Of a stretch of 43,850 bases of DNA, positions 17,704 through 26,656 are shown piece after piece. The first letter of the stretch is position 1. Each line of letters begins with the position of its first letter. The stretch is taken from IMG/VR virus record IMGVR_UViG_3300009678_000025, positions 1 through 43,850 of that record. One strand, written 5' to 3'. The DNA comes from a virus (lineage: Duplodnaviria; Caudoviricetes). The translations under genes and the position numbers were made by a program. A model generated the notes under the pieces. That model was not told where the DNA came from. It searched no databases and saw only the letters and a list, made by a program, of their open reading frames with translations.

Positions 17704-19307
17704 ACTTTTTTAATCTCCTCTAAAGTAATTCCTTGTAACTCGATCTTACTATCCAGCTTATCTACAATAAGCTGGTCTGTTGGTAAATGCAAAAGGTCCA
17801 CGATACGGGTACCTTTTGATACATTCATTCCCGGTCTGTCTCGTCTTTCGAGTGATTGTATGCGACTGTCAACAGAAAAAGTATTGCTATAATAACACAA
17901 ACAGTCCGTTCGACTAAGGTTAAGTCCATGCACGCTGCTAGGATTTGCAATGACAACATAATTATTCCCCAAGCTGTCAAATTTGGTGAGGGCATCTTTG
18001 TCACTCCAACCACGGCCGTCTATCCGTGCGTATTCCCATTCAACATCTGTTGCTACTTCGCATAGTTTATCTATAGTAGCGTGGAATGCAGCGTATATAA
18101 CCAACCTACCACAACCACCATTATCAAAACTGTAGAAGTCTAAGAGTTCCTTAACTTTATCTATCTTAGGGGAGCCAATCCAGTTGGTACCTTTATCGGT
18201 GTACTGGAACCCATCTGATAATTCCCTGAGTTTTTCAAGGCATTGCAAAGCCGTTGGTGTTGACGACAGTATAAGGTCCACCACTCGTGCATACTCTTCA
18301 CTGATGTCGCACTGGATACGGTCGTAGATTTTAGAGGGTAAGTCATAGCAGTCTTTCTTATACTTAAAGAGTACAATAGGAGCTAGTCTAGTACCTAGCT
18401 TAGCTACTTCGTCTGGTTTCCAGGAATCAATCTTAGGATAAGTTCCGAATTCTCCGTCCTCCATTCTAATGTTAGCATAACGCTGACGGAATTTATACAA
18501 ATTTCCTTCTCGAATAAACCCAGGCTGAATACACTCGATCTGATGCCACCAGTCAGAGGGGTCTTTTGGTGCGGGTGCACCAGATAAAAGAAGAATGAAC
18601 CCATCTTTAGCTCTGACGGTTTCGCAGAGCATAGCTGCTGCTTGACTTCGCTGGGCAGTGGGATTTTTAATTCTAATTGATTCATCAAAAATTACCCCAT
18701 CAGGGAAATATTCTTCAGATGTTTCTTTCATTATACGATACAAGGATTCATACGTCGTAGTGATTAATGGGAGAACTGTAGCGTTCCACCTACGAAGTTG
18801 TCTTTCCCATTCTCTCTGAGCACCATAGGGGGCGACGAGCCACCATACCTTAGCGTCTGATTGCTCCATTACTGTAAGACCAACGAGTGTCTTACCTAAA
18901 CCCATCTCGAAAGCTAGCATACATCGTTTACGTTGAAGAATAAAATCTATACCCTGTTGCTGATGTTCAAAGTATGGCCGCTTATTAAGTCTGGTATAGA
19001 TAAGTTTGTTTATTGGGGTTGTGTATCTCTCGATAGGATTGTCTGCTAAGTATTGCAGAGCCACATAATTTCGTTCACACTTATCGATAGTCCAGTGCTT
19101 ATCTTCCGGTGACCATCGAGCACCTGCCATTACCTTTACTTCGTCTATGAGAGCACGGTCGAAAGGGAAAGTAAGTGTGAGTCTATCACCTTCTTCTATA
19201 TTAAGAGGGATTGATTTAAGATAATTACCGTTACGGATTTTAGCCAATATTTGCATGACATTTACACTTACAATCAGGATTGTTATCCTCACACTCGTAG
19301 ATTGCAT
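17691..19307 (-). CDS. SNF2-like SF2 helicase (true start probably MQILAK)
   Basis: FEMGLGKT, IFDES, LLSGAP, HGLNL, QSLERRDRPG. Confidence 0.9.
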   Translation of the reverse strand: MQSTSVRITILIVSVNVMQILAKIRNGNYLKSIPLNIEEGDRLTLTFPFDRALIDEVKVMAGARWSPEDKHWTIDKCERNYVALQYLADNPIERYTTPINKLIYTRLNKRPYFEHQQQGIDFILQRKRCMLAFEMGLGKTLVGLTVMEQSDAKVWWLVAPYGAQREWERQLRRWNATVLPLITTTYESLYRIMKETSEEYFPDGVIFDESIRIKNPTAQRSQAAAMLCETVRAKDGFILLLSGAPAPKDPSDWWHQIECIQPGFIREGNLYKFRQRYANIRMEDGEFGTYPKIDSWKPDEVAKLGTRLAPIVLFKYKKDCYDLPSKIYDRIQCDISEEYARVVDLILSSTPTALQCLEKLRELSDGFQYTDKGTNWIGSPKIDKVKELLDFYSFDNGGCGRLVIYAAFHATIDKLCEVATDVEWEYARIDGRGWSDKDALTKFDSLGNNYVVIANPSSVHGLNLSRTDCLCYYSNTFSVDSRIQSLERRDRPGMNVSKGTRIVDLLHLPTDQLIVDKLDSKIELQGITLEEIKKVWNQ

Positions 19308-19467
19308 TCATTAGTTTTTCATTCTCTAAGAAGAAATCAGTGATATAATCGAATGCTTTCTTTATATCATCAATTTGATAATCACTCATGTACTCCAGTT
19401 CCAGAATCTGTTTGTGGTGTAAGTGAAATAACACCTTCTTTCGTACTTGTGTCACTGTTACTTGCAT
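19240..19467 (-). CDS. Hypothetical protein (likely start MSDYQID)
   Basis: GGAG before internal ATG; Cys-rich tail. Confidence 0.45.
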   Translation of the reverse strand: MQVTVTQVRKKVLFHLHHKQILELEYMSDYQIDDIKKAFDYITDFFLENEKLMNAIYECEDNNPDCKCKCHANIG

Positions 19468-19771
19468 ACTTTTTCCTTGTATTAAGTACAGTTGTATGGT
19501 CTATACCGAGTAAACGGCCTATCATTACAGAACTAATGGGCCTAAAACCCGGACCTTTCACCTGATCTATATGTATCCATCGACCAATGATACGCTGATA
19601 CAATGTTTCTGATAGCCACTTAATTAACTGATATCTAGCACGAACGACTACATCGTTCTTTATATTGGTGGAGAATATCTCACCAATATGAATGTTATAC
19701 TGTGATGCTATGTTTACAGCTTTATTGGCTATCAGTCTATTCAGGTCAGTGCTTGACTGTATGCTGTACAT
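19382..19771 (-). CDS. DnaA C-terminal-domain-like HTH protein
   Basis: VVVRARYQLIKWL and SSVMIGRLLGIDHTTVL match the DnaA domain IV signature. Confidence 0.75.
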   Translation of the reverse strand: MYSIQSSTDLNRLIANKAVNIASQYNIHIGEIFSTNIKNDVVVRARYQLIKWLSETLYQRIIGRWIHIDQVKGPGFRPISSVMIGRLLGIDHTTVLNTRKKYASNSDTSTKEGVISLTPQTDSGTGVHE

Positions 19772-20051
19772 TATCTTTAGCTTTACTTTTATTGTAATTT
19801 GATAGAACTACAGCCACACATGCACGAGCAAGGATCATATCATTCCTTGTTTGAGGACCAAACAACATGATACGAATTAAATCAGTTTGATTATGTTCGA
19901 TGTGTTTTCTTATCCGTTTCTCTAATTCTTCGGTAGTTTCAATATCAATAGAATTTGATATTGGCATATGCTGGTCACAAGCGTTGCAGATGTTACCACC
20001 ACAACCAGCACACTGATGAAATCCCTCAGTGTGTTCGCAAATACTTACCAT
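19746..20051 (-). CDS. Zinc-finger-containing hypothetical protein
   Basis: CEH..CAGC..CNAC. Confidence 0.6.
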   Translation of the reverse strand: MVSICEHTEGFHQCAGCGGNICNACDQHMPISNSIDIETTEELEKRIRKHIEHNQTDLIRIMLFGPQTRNDMILARACVAVVLSNYNKSKAKDNVQHTVKH

Positions 20052-20223
20052 TACGGATACTCCCTTCTAATTCACTATCTTCCTGTAAAAGTTTACGCCA
20101 CTCGATACCACCACTCTTTACAGCACGTGCCTTCCACTTTTGAGCTAGTCGAAAGAGATACCTTTCAATGTCAGTGCGAAAGTTACGGTCAGTAATTATT
20201 TGTTTGATTTCAGTATTATCCAT
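20026..20223 (-). CDS. Hypothetical protein (start MDNTEIK, downstream of tRNA)
   Basis: ATG at 20223 avoids the tRNA overlap of the longer track ORF. Confidence 0.55.
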   Translation of the reverse strand: MDNTEIKQIITDRNFRTDIERYLFRLAQKWKARAVKSGGIEWRKLLQEDSELEGSIRNGKYLRTH

Positions 20224-20231
20224 CTCGTATA

Positions 20232-20317
20232 TACCCCCGATGGGACTTGAACCCATACACCCATTACTGAGTATCAGATTTTAAGTCTGATGCGTCTGCC
20301 GATTCCGCCACAGGGGT
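20232..20317 (-). tRNA. trnL: tRNA-Leu, anticodon UAA (no encoded CCA)
   Basis: ACCCCTG/CGGGGGT acceptor stem, TGGCGGAATCGGCAGACGC D-arm, TCAGA-CTTAAAA-TCTGA anticodon arm, long variable arm, GGTTCAAGTCC T-loop. Confidence 0.95.
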
Positions 20318-20339
20318 GGACGTTGTAGTAGCTACTAGT

Positions 20340-21050
20340 TCATTGATTGTCATTGTAATCTATCTCTGCCTTTCTCTCATCGAACCACATCTTTACTTCT
20401 TTGACATAAGTACTCTTTATGTCTAACCCAGCATAACATCTGCCGAGCATATAACAACACTTAGCTACTGTTCCACTACCCATAAACGGATCATAAATCC
20501 AATCCGCTTTGTTAGTGAGAGCTAATAACAGACGCATCACTAACTGTCGTGGATGTGATGATCTCATTTCATCATCTAAAGGATAGTATAAGTCATTGCT
20601 ATTACCAGGAACACGAGGTATATTCCATATGTCACCAGGTGTACGCCCTCTAATGTCTGCACGAGGATCACCTGAACGATTGCGTTGTGATTCGATTGCT
20701 ACTTCTGTCCAATTAAAATCAGGTGTACCCTTTTTGTATATAAGGATAGCATCGTGTGATGGAACAAAACGATTCTTAGTATATAATCCAAATTCATAAG
20801 CCCAAATGATCTCATTGATTAGGGTTATGTCATGGAAATTATGCAGAGTATGCTCAAATAAATATCTAACTTTGAAATTAGTGAAAACTACGAACCAACT
20901 ATCGGGGGAGAGATATCTATGAGCATCATAGATAGCATTAGTTCGTGCTACATTATCCATCGAATAGGGTGGATCAAAATATACTAGCTTACACTTACAG
21001 TGTAGCTGATATGGAGAATTCTGTGCATCACCAACACGAAGAATAATCAT
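20340..21050 (-). CDS. N6A/N4C DNA methyltransferase (beta-class motif order)
   Basis: FDPPY, EIIWAY, PGDIWNIP, HP, DPFMGSGT. Confidence 0.92.
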   Translation of the reverse strand: MIILRVGDAQNSPYQLHCKCKLVYFDPPYSMDNVARTNAIYDAHRYLSPDSWFVVFTNFKVRYLFEHTLHNFHDITLINEIIWAYEFGLYTKNRFVPSHDAILIYKKGTPDFNWTEVAIESQRNRSGDPRADIRGRTPGDIWNIPRVPGNSNDLYYPLDDEMRSSHPRQLVMRLLLALTNKADWIYDPFMGSGTVAKCCYMLGRCYAGLDIKSTYVKEVKMWFDERKAEIDYNDNQ

Positions 21051-21094
21051 GAATGGTATCTTTTCGTAAGATAATAGAATGGGATATTATCTTA

Positions 21095-21397
<303 letters not shown>

Positions 21398-21425
<28 letters not shown>

Positions 21426-21754
21426 ACCACCTGATTACATGGACTAAATGACACGACGGCTAGCTCGTGAACAATAATCTCTCCAATTGGATCGAGGACA
21501 GTTTTATCAGTTGGACCATTAAGCACTAGTTGTCCGAGTCCTTTAGTGGTTCCCCAATTACGAATGCACGAAGCATCCTTAATCCGTACTTCGCTGCCAT
21601 TGATATATACTCGGCCAACATAAACAAAACCACGTTGTAACACAACGACATTTATCAGACCATCTGGGTTAGATAAATGGTTAGCATTAGTATCAGTATT
21701 GAACATTGCTGAAAGTTTCTTGAAATCTCCGATAGTCATTGAGTCTAGGTCCAT
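21398..21754 (-). CDS. Small Sm/SH3-like beta-barrel phage protein (DUF6948-related, from recall)
   Basis: VVVLQRGFVYVG..IKDASCIRNWGTTKGLGQL..GP motif; AAGGAG RBS. Confidence 0.7.
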
Positions 21755-21798
21755 AAATTTCTCCTTTCATTACAGAATTGTAATGTCGTAAACAAAAC

Positions 21799-21886
21799 TA
21801 GTAGCCAACGGAATCGAACCGTTGAGTAAGCATAGGATGGATTGGTTACCACCAATGAATTCAACCATTTCTGGCACTCTACTACC
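21799..21886 (-). ncRNA. tRNA-like element or degenerate tRNA
   Basis: Canonical T-arm AACGG-TTCGATT-CCGTT, acceptor-like GGTAGT/GCTACT, ATTGG-TGGTAA-CCAAT arm with non-canonical loop. Confidence 0.45.
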
Positions 21887-21913
21887 TTACCATCAGCCAG
21901 ACACTACTACCCT

Positions 21914-22162
21914 TTAGCGAGGTCCGTACCCGTCCCCGTCCCCGTCTCCGTCCCCGAACCCGGACCCGAACCCGGACCCGGACCCGAACCCGGACCCGGA
22001 CCCGGACCCGTGCCAGTACCCGTACCCGTACCCGTACCCGTACCCGGACCCGTACCCGGACCCGTACCCGGACCCGTACCCGTACCCGGACCCGTACCCG
22101 TACTCGGACCCGTACTCGGACCCGGGTCCTAGTATTATAAACCCGTCAGTTTGCATTTCCAT
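21914..22162 (-). CDS. Gly-Tyr repeat protein, copy 2
   Basis: MEMQTDGFIILGPGSEYG leader, AGGGGA RBS. Confidence 0.7.
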   Translation of the reverse strand: MEMQTDGFIILGPGSEYGSEYGYGSGYGYGSGYGSGYGSGYGYGYGYGYWHGSGSGSGFGSGSGFGSGFGDGDGDGDGYGPR

Positions 22163-22277
22163 ATCCCCTGATTACATGGACTAAATGACACGACCGTTGG
22201 AGTAAACAAATCGACTGGATATAGAAGTTTAATACCCTTTCTTTTTGTTTACCGTCATACCAGACACTACCAAAAAG

Positions 22278-22514
22278 TTATTGAAAACCGTCCCCGTCCC
22301 CGTCTCCGTACCCGGCCCCGTACCCGGCCCCGTACCCGTGCCAGTACCCGTCCCAGTATCTGTCCCAGTACCTGTCCCAGTACCTGTCCCAGTACCCGTA
22401 CCCGTCCCAGTACCTGTCCCCGTACCCGGACCCGTACCCGTACCCGGACCCGTACCCGTACTCGGACCCGTACTCGGACCCGGGTCCTAGTATTATAAAC
22501 CCGTCAGTTTGCAT
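22278..22514 (-). CDS. Gly-Tyr repeat protein, copy 3 (with YWDR units)
   Basis: MQTDGFIILGPGSEYG leader; 22419-22518 identical to 22061-22160. Confidence 0.7.
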   Translation of the reverse strand: MQTDGFIILGPGSEYGSEYGYGSGYGYGSGYGDRYWDGYGYWDRYWDRYWDRYWDGYWHGYGAGYGAGYGDGDGDGFQ

Positions 22515-22557
22515 TTCCGTACCCTTCTGGTTTAACTTCGTATTTCACTAACATATT

Positions 22558-23271
22558 TTATCTCTCAACACTATTGCTAGGTGCTTCTTCGTACTTCGGT
22601 TCATTGATTACAGGACTCATAAATAATGCTACTGCATTCTTCACAATGTCCTCACTTGGCATGAAGTGTGGCTTGGGTTCGATCGCGGTTACGTATGGAA
22701 CCCAAGATGATTTAGACTTCCACTTCTTGAAGTCTGCGTATAGCTCGAAACAGTTAGTATAAGGTAATTCCTTATGACTATCCGTCTCTCTTAGGTCTGG
22801 TTTCGTAATATAGTCATGGATACTACGACTAACTTCCCGTGCAGACGGCCGACCAGGGAAGAACGTAGCTACCTCACCAATGTCAGCTAACCACACCAGC
22901 CATTCGTATCCTTTGGAGACTCTGTATTCGTTGGTATCTGGAGCGTTCCACATACGTTTAAAGATAGGACTCTCTTTATTGTATGACTCCTCTACCTTTT
23001 TATCTCCATTGAATGCAATAACATGCAGTCTGTGAGAGATGACACTAATGTTAACTCTCTCACCGAAAGTAAGATTCTTCGGCTGAAAGTAAAACATACC
23101 TGGGGCGAGATTAACACGCTGACCTTGGAGATTGTCCACCTTCTGATTCACTTCACGAGATGTTCCTTGAATCAGTTTCAGTGGTGGCACAAAACCACTG
23201 TTACCAGAGGTCATTGTGTCAATTTCATTACGGGATGGGGGTATATAACTAGAATGTACAATGTCTGTCAT
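22558..23271 (-). CDS. Hypothetical protein, possibly ssDNA-binding/replication accessory
   Basis: FVPPLKLIQGTSREV..PGMFYF resembles SSB-like proteins of PolA phages; function inferred. Confidence 0.5.
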   Translation of the reverse strand: MTDIVHSSYIPPSRNEIDTMTSGNSGFVPPLKLIQGTSREVNQKVDNLQGQRVNLAPGMFYFQPKNLTFGERVNISVISHRLHVIAFNGDKKVEESYNKESPIFKRMWNAPDTNEYRVSKGYEWLVWLADIGEVATFFPGRPSAREVSRSIHDYITKPDLRETDSHKELPYTNCFELYADFKKWKSKSSWVPYVTAIEPKPHFMPSEDIVKNAVALFMSPVINEPKYEEAPSNSVER

Positions 23272-23444
23272 AAAATTACCACTCCATTATCTATTTGATC
23301 ATTGTTGTGATCGTTACCGATTAGTCGTGAAACATTTTTTGCTGGATAGTGATAAGCTCCGTCACCAGTATCTTCATATCTTACGTAAATTACTGCACTA
23401 CTGTCAAACTCCTTAAGACGGGTTATCAATTCTGCTACTGTCAC
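23268..23444 (-). CDS. Hypothetical protein, 58 aa (MTVAELITRLKEFD...), not in ORF track
   Basis: AAGGAG RBS, GTG start, common phage MTVxEL N-terminus, ATGA overlap. Confidence 0.65.
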   Translation of the reverse strand: MTVAELITRLKEFDSSAVIYVRYEDTGDGAYHYPAKNVSRLIGNDHNNDQIDNGVVIL

Positions 23445-23463
23445 AAGTTACTCCTTAAATGAT

Positions 23464-23588
23464 AAGGGACTGACCGTATGCAGGACGCCAATTCCCTTAC
23501 GCATTACGGTCAGTCCCTTTATATTAGTGGATACGAGCTAACGCGGCCAGCTGTTAGCTCGTATCCGTAAAACTAGGTCTTGCCTAGT
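23464..23588. other. Three consecutive intergenic stem-loops
   Basis: 15-bp stem 23464-78/23505-19; 14-bp stem 23529-42/23553-66; ACTAGG/CCTAGT. Confidence 0.75.
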
Positions 23589-23595
23589 CTTAGGC

Positions 23596-24594
23596 TTACG
23601 CAACCAATTCAGCTTTCTTCTTGCTCAGTTCTTCTTTCGCTTTCTTAAGATTTTCTTCCTTAGCCGCGAAGGTCTTTGTCTTACGCTCCATTTCCTTTAC
23701 TTCCTTTGCTTTCTTACGAGTAGCAATGGAGAAAGGATCAACACTGCATATTTGTTCGATCATCTCTAGGCGTCCAATAAGACGATTATAATCCGCGTCA
23801 GTGGGTGACGAGTGATTAGCTTCGAATCGTGCAGCCGAGAGAAGGTCAAGGATTGTACGGGTTGTTACAACCTTGGGGATTGAGAAGGGATCGATCTTCT
23901 CTTTCTTCTCCGTAACATCTTCTTCGGAGCTTTCCTTCCCGAGACTCTTACGCATTTCCTTAGCATACGCTTGAAATTGCCCTGACGTTTGTTCCTTCGC
24001 TTCATTAATAAAGCGGGGCTGGTGTTCCGTTGGCAAAGTTGCCAAAGCGTTTGCATTAATCGCGGAGATTTCACCAGTATTTACGGCATTCTCTAAAGAC
24101 GGATGAATCTTCGTTAGCCGCATAAGCTTATAATAGTCCTGCGGCGTGAGTCTGAACACTTCGCAAAGGTGTTCGACGCTTGGACCTTGCGGATTCTCCT
24201 TGTTCGTATTGTTAGCGGCGTATAAAAGAATATGGTTTCGCTTATCGATAAGACGAGTTTCAAGACGGCACTCATTAAGAGTATATTGCAGTCTCATTAA
24301 CTCATTATCCGTCATATCGGGATCGATATTAGCAAAAATCTCCTTCCATCCGAGATTCTTTGCGGCTGTAGTACGCTGGAGTCCGTCTGCTAGTTCGTAC
24401 TGGTCGGGAACGTCTATGCCATTAACTTTATAATGGCGTAATGTAACCGGCTGACGAATACCCACATCCGCAATATCCGCTTGTAAACTAGCGAAACGGG
24501 ATTCATCCTCGTAAGGTTCCCGCATCTTGATATCGGGAATGTGAATAGAGTCGATAGGTACCGTCTTAGTATACATTGCACGTTTCGATGCCAT
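23596..24594 (-). CDS. ParB/Spo0J-like protein
   Basis: LQADIADVGIRQPVTL..YELADGLQRTTAAKNLG..NECR, HTH region, Lys/Glu coiled tail. Confidence 0.85.
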   Translation of the reverse strand: MASKRAMYTKTVPIDSIHIPDIKMREPYEDESRFASLQADIADVGIRQPVTLRHYKVNGIDVPDQYELADGLQRTTAAKNLGWKEIFANIDPDMTDNELMRLQYTLNECRLETRLIDKRNHILLYAANNTNKENPQGPSVEHLCEVFRLTPQDYYKLMRLTKIHPSLENAVNTGEISAINANALATLPTEHQPRFINEAKEQTSGQFQAYAKEMRKSLGKESSEEDVTEKKEKIDPFSIPKVVTTRTILDLLSAARFEANHSSPTDADYNRLIGRLEMIEQICSVDPFSIATRKKAKEVKEMERKTKTFAAKEENLKKAKEELSKKKAELVA

Positions 24595-24641
24595 AGCGTA
24601 TTGTTCCTTTCAAAAGAGGTTAATGTTTACTACACTATTGT

Positions 24642-24670
24642 AGTATAATACAAGAAAAGGGGCTTGTCAA
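24642..24670 (-). promoter_or_regulatory. Sigma70-type promoter for ParB-like gene
   Basis: TTGACA-17 bp-TATACT on minus strand. Confidence 0.8.
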
Positions 24671-24743
24671 GTCGATTTGTGAGAATTTTGTTTAGGACAT
24701 AGGGCGGTACTCCTTTATTCATCAGCATGTTTCGTATATGCTA

Positions 24744-25037
24744 TCATAACTGTTTTCTCCTTCTTACGTTTCGTTCCTTCATTGCTGTCATATAAGTGCG
24801 GAGACCAGCAAGATTCTCTTGCTTTATTAAAGTATAGAACTCCTCCAGTTCCTCGTCTGGTATATTTGCAAGATAGTATTCGTTCTCCATTTGCATGATA
24901 TACCGTCGGAGATTCCGGTAACGCTGAAATTTGTTGTATAAATCACGTTTTAGGATCAGATAAGCTGCTGTAAACATCAATGTTACCTTGGTAAAAGTCT
25001 CTTTTTTCTTTCTCGAAACGCAATATTTGGTTATCAA
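24744..25037 (-). CDS. Hypothetical protein (true start probably internal MQMENE)
   Basis: 5' part overlaps the upstream ORF; GGAG-free start uncertain. Confidence 0.45.
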   Translation of the reverse strand: MITKYCVSRKKKETFTKVTLMFTAAYLILKRDLYNKFQRYRNLRRYIMQMENEYYLANIPDEELEEFYTLIKQENLAGLRTYMTAMKERNVRRRKQL

Positions 25038-25152
25038 TCTCGTTTAGCCAGACTGCAACGAGTATTCTAAGTTCTTTGAGGTAGCTTTCGTTACATTGTG
25101 AACCTAGATAACCATGTTTTCCACGATAACATAATGTTTCTTCAAAAGTCAT
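24943..25152 (-). CDS. Hypothetical protein, 69 aa
   Basis: Strong AAAGGAGAG RBS. Confidence 0.6.
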   Translation of the reverse strand: MTFEETLCYRGKHGYLGSQCNESYLKELRILVAVWLNEIDNQILRFEKEKRDFYQGNIDVYSSLSDPKT

Positions 25153-25662
25153 AAATTCTCTCCTTTCTTTGTTTTGTACCGCTGAACATTTTTATTCTCC
25201 GTGTGGGATTTCGACTGACCATGTTTCCACGTTTTGCCAATTTTCTAGGCGTGCTTGCGAACCTAAAAACGATGGTGCCGAACCTAGTTTCCTTCGTTTT
25301 TGGGTAAATCCGGGTCGGAAAATCCGTTTTTGGGGTTAAAAAACGCGGTTTAGTACCGTAGTAAGAATAGTAGATATATATTTTTCCTATAAGACTAAAG
25401 AAAAAGAAAAAGAAATAATATATATAACATAGGGGTAGTATTCAGTCCGATTAGTTCGGGAGCCTCTGGCAGGGTTGACTCTGGTGTGGTGGATGTCGAC
25501 AGTATGGCCTAGCTGGTCTTTTGCGTTGCAAGGTTGAACGATCGTAGGGGCGTTGGTGTGATTGGACTAATCGATCGTATGTCGAGGTTGTAGGACCGCA
25601 AATCGATGAAAAGGCGAGCGGTACTACTTTGGTTTATTATCTTTTGATAATAATAGATATTT

Positions 25663-25854
25663 TCATTTATGGCATTTTTCGCATATTAGTCTGTGTTTTG
25701 TACCACATTTGCACCTATCGCAGTAGTGGATTATCTTTATCCTATACTGTGGTTGTCCTTGTGGTAGTGGCTTTTGCATTTTCTTGGCTGTTGTTTTCCA
25801 ATAGTTGCAATTACCCCGTTGTGGTAGTGGTGTGCCTGAGATTTTATGTTTCAT
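25663..25854 (-). CDS. Small basic zinc-ribbon protein
   Basis: AAAGGA RBS; CDRC..CEKC; internal PLPQ duplication. Confidence 0.5.
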   Translation of the reverse strand: MKHKISGTPLPQRGNCNYWKTTAKKMQKPLPQGQPQYRIKIIHYCDRCKCGTKHRLICEKCHK

Positions 25855-26099
25855 TGCGTTTCCTTTGTCATGCTTTCGTATAGTAGTGCTAGACCCTAAG
25901 CACGCCGGTTACAACGGTATTTAGCCGGAGAGTGTAACTCTCTCACAATAGGGTCTTTTCTATACTGCCCTACTAGAATCTAGCACTAACGTCGAGCGAG
26001 TCAACGTCCCATTCCGTATTCTTTGCGGTTACGGTTAAGGGTCGGCGATATTATTTCGCTAGTGAGGGTGTCTCACTAATGACTCACTCGGCGTTAAAG

Positions 26100-26636
26100 C
26101 TAGCCCTTTATCCTACGCTCTATAAGGTTTGGTTTAGGCTGCTTCCGTAACGGCGAGAGCAATCTTCGGAAACAGATTGTTGGACATCTTCTCGACGTTG
26201 CCGGCTTTGCGAATGCTCTTAACAAGGTCGGTTCGTTCGCGAGCCGCCGACGGTGACACACCAAGGATTCGGCGAGCCGCCGTAGTGACATTGACTTGCA
26301 ATCCTTCAGGGATTGCGTCATTGTGCGGCAGACTGACTGCACGACATTCCTTCGCTTGGGTAGCGAGAAAAGCATCACACGCAACTACAGCTTGATTCGC
26401 AACATAGGCCGCGAAGTTCTCAGTTTGAACATGTGTGTTGTTCTTGACATACTCGGCGAGAAGTCTGTAAATGTGGTTCGTTGCGTTTTCAGCAAGCGAC
26501 AAAACCGCTTTCGTACAGATTTCAACGCCGTTGCGTCCGGTCGTTTCGAGTACAGTAGGATTGTACTCGCAAACAAGATTGAGTGTTTGCATGGGTTTAC
26601 CCTTCGCTAAAGCTAGAGCGTAGGATAAAAGGCTAG
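26100..26636. repeat. 23-bp inverted repeats (26100-26122 and 26614-26636) flanking the 152-aa ORF
   Basis: CTAGCCCTTTATCCTACGCTCTA vs TAGAGCGTAGGATAAAAGGCTAG, 22/23 complementary. Confidence 0.9.
26134..26592 (-). CDS. Hypothetical early protein, 152 aa
   Basis: GAAGGG RBS, ATG start, Ala-rich natural-looking sequence. Confidence 0.7.
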   Translation of the reverse strand: MQTLNLVCEYNPTVLETTGRNGVEICTKAVLSLAENATNHIYRLLAEYVKNNTHVQTENFAAYVANQAVVACDAFLATQAKECRAVSLPHNDAIPEGLQVNVTTAARRILGVSPSAARERTDLVKSIRKAGNVEKMSNNLFPKIALAVTEAA

Positions 26637-26656
26637 ATGGGGTTAGCGGTTAATCT

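Noticed and set aside
20026-20256. 76-aa ORF starting inside the tRNA
   Set aside because: Its first codons are the tRNA T-arm; start reassigned to ATG 20223
22504-22554. 16-aa mini-ORF MLVKYEVKPEGYGNAN upstream of cassette 3
   Set aside because: Too short, different frame, no independent support
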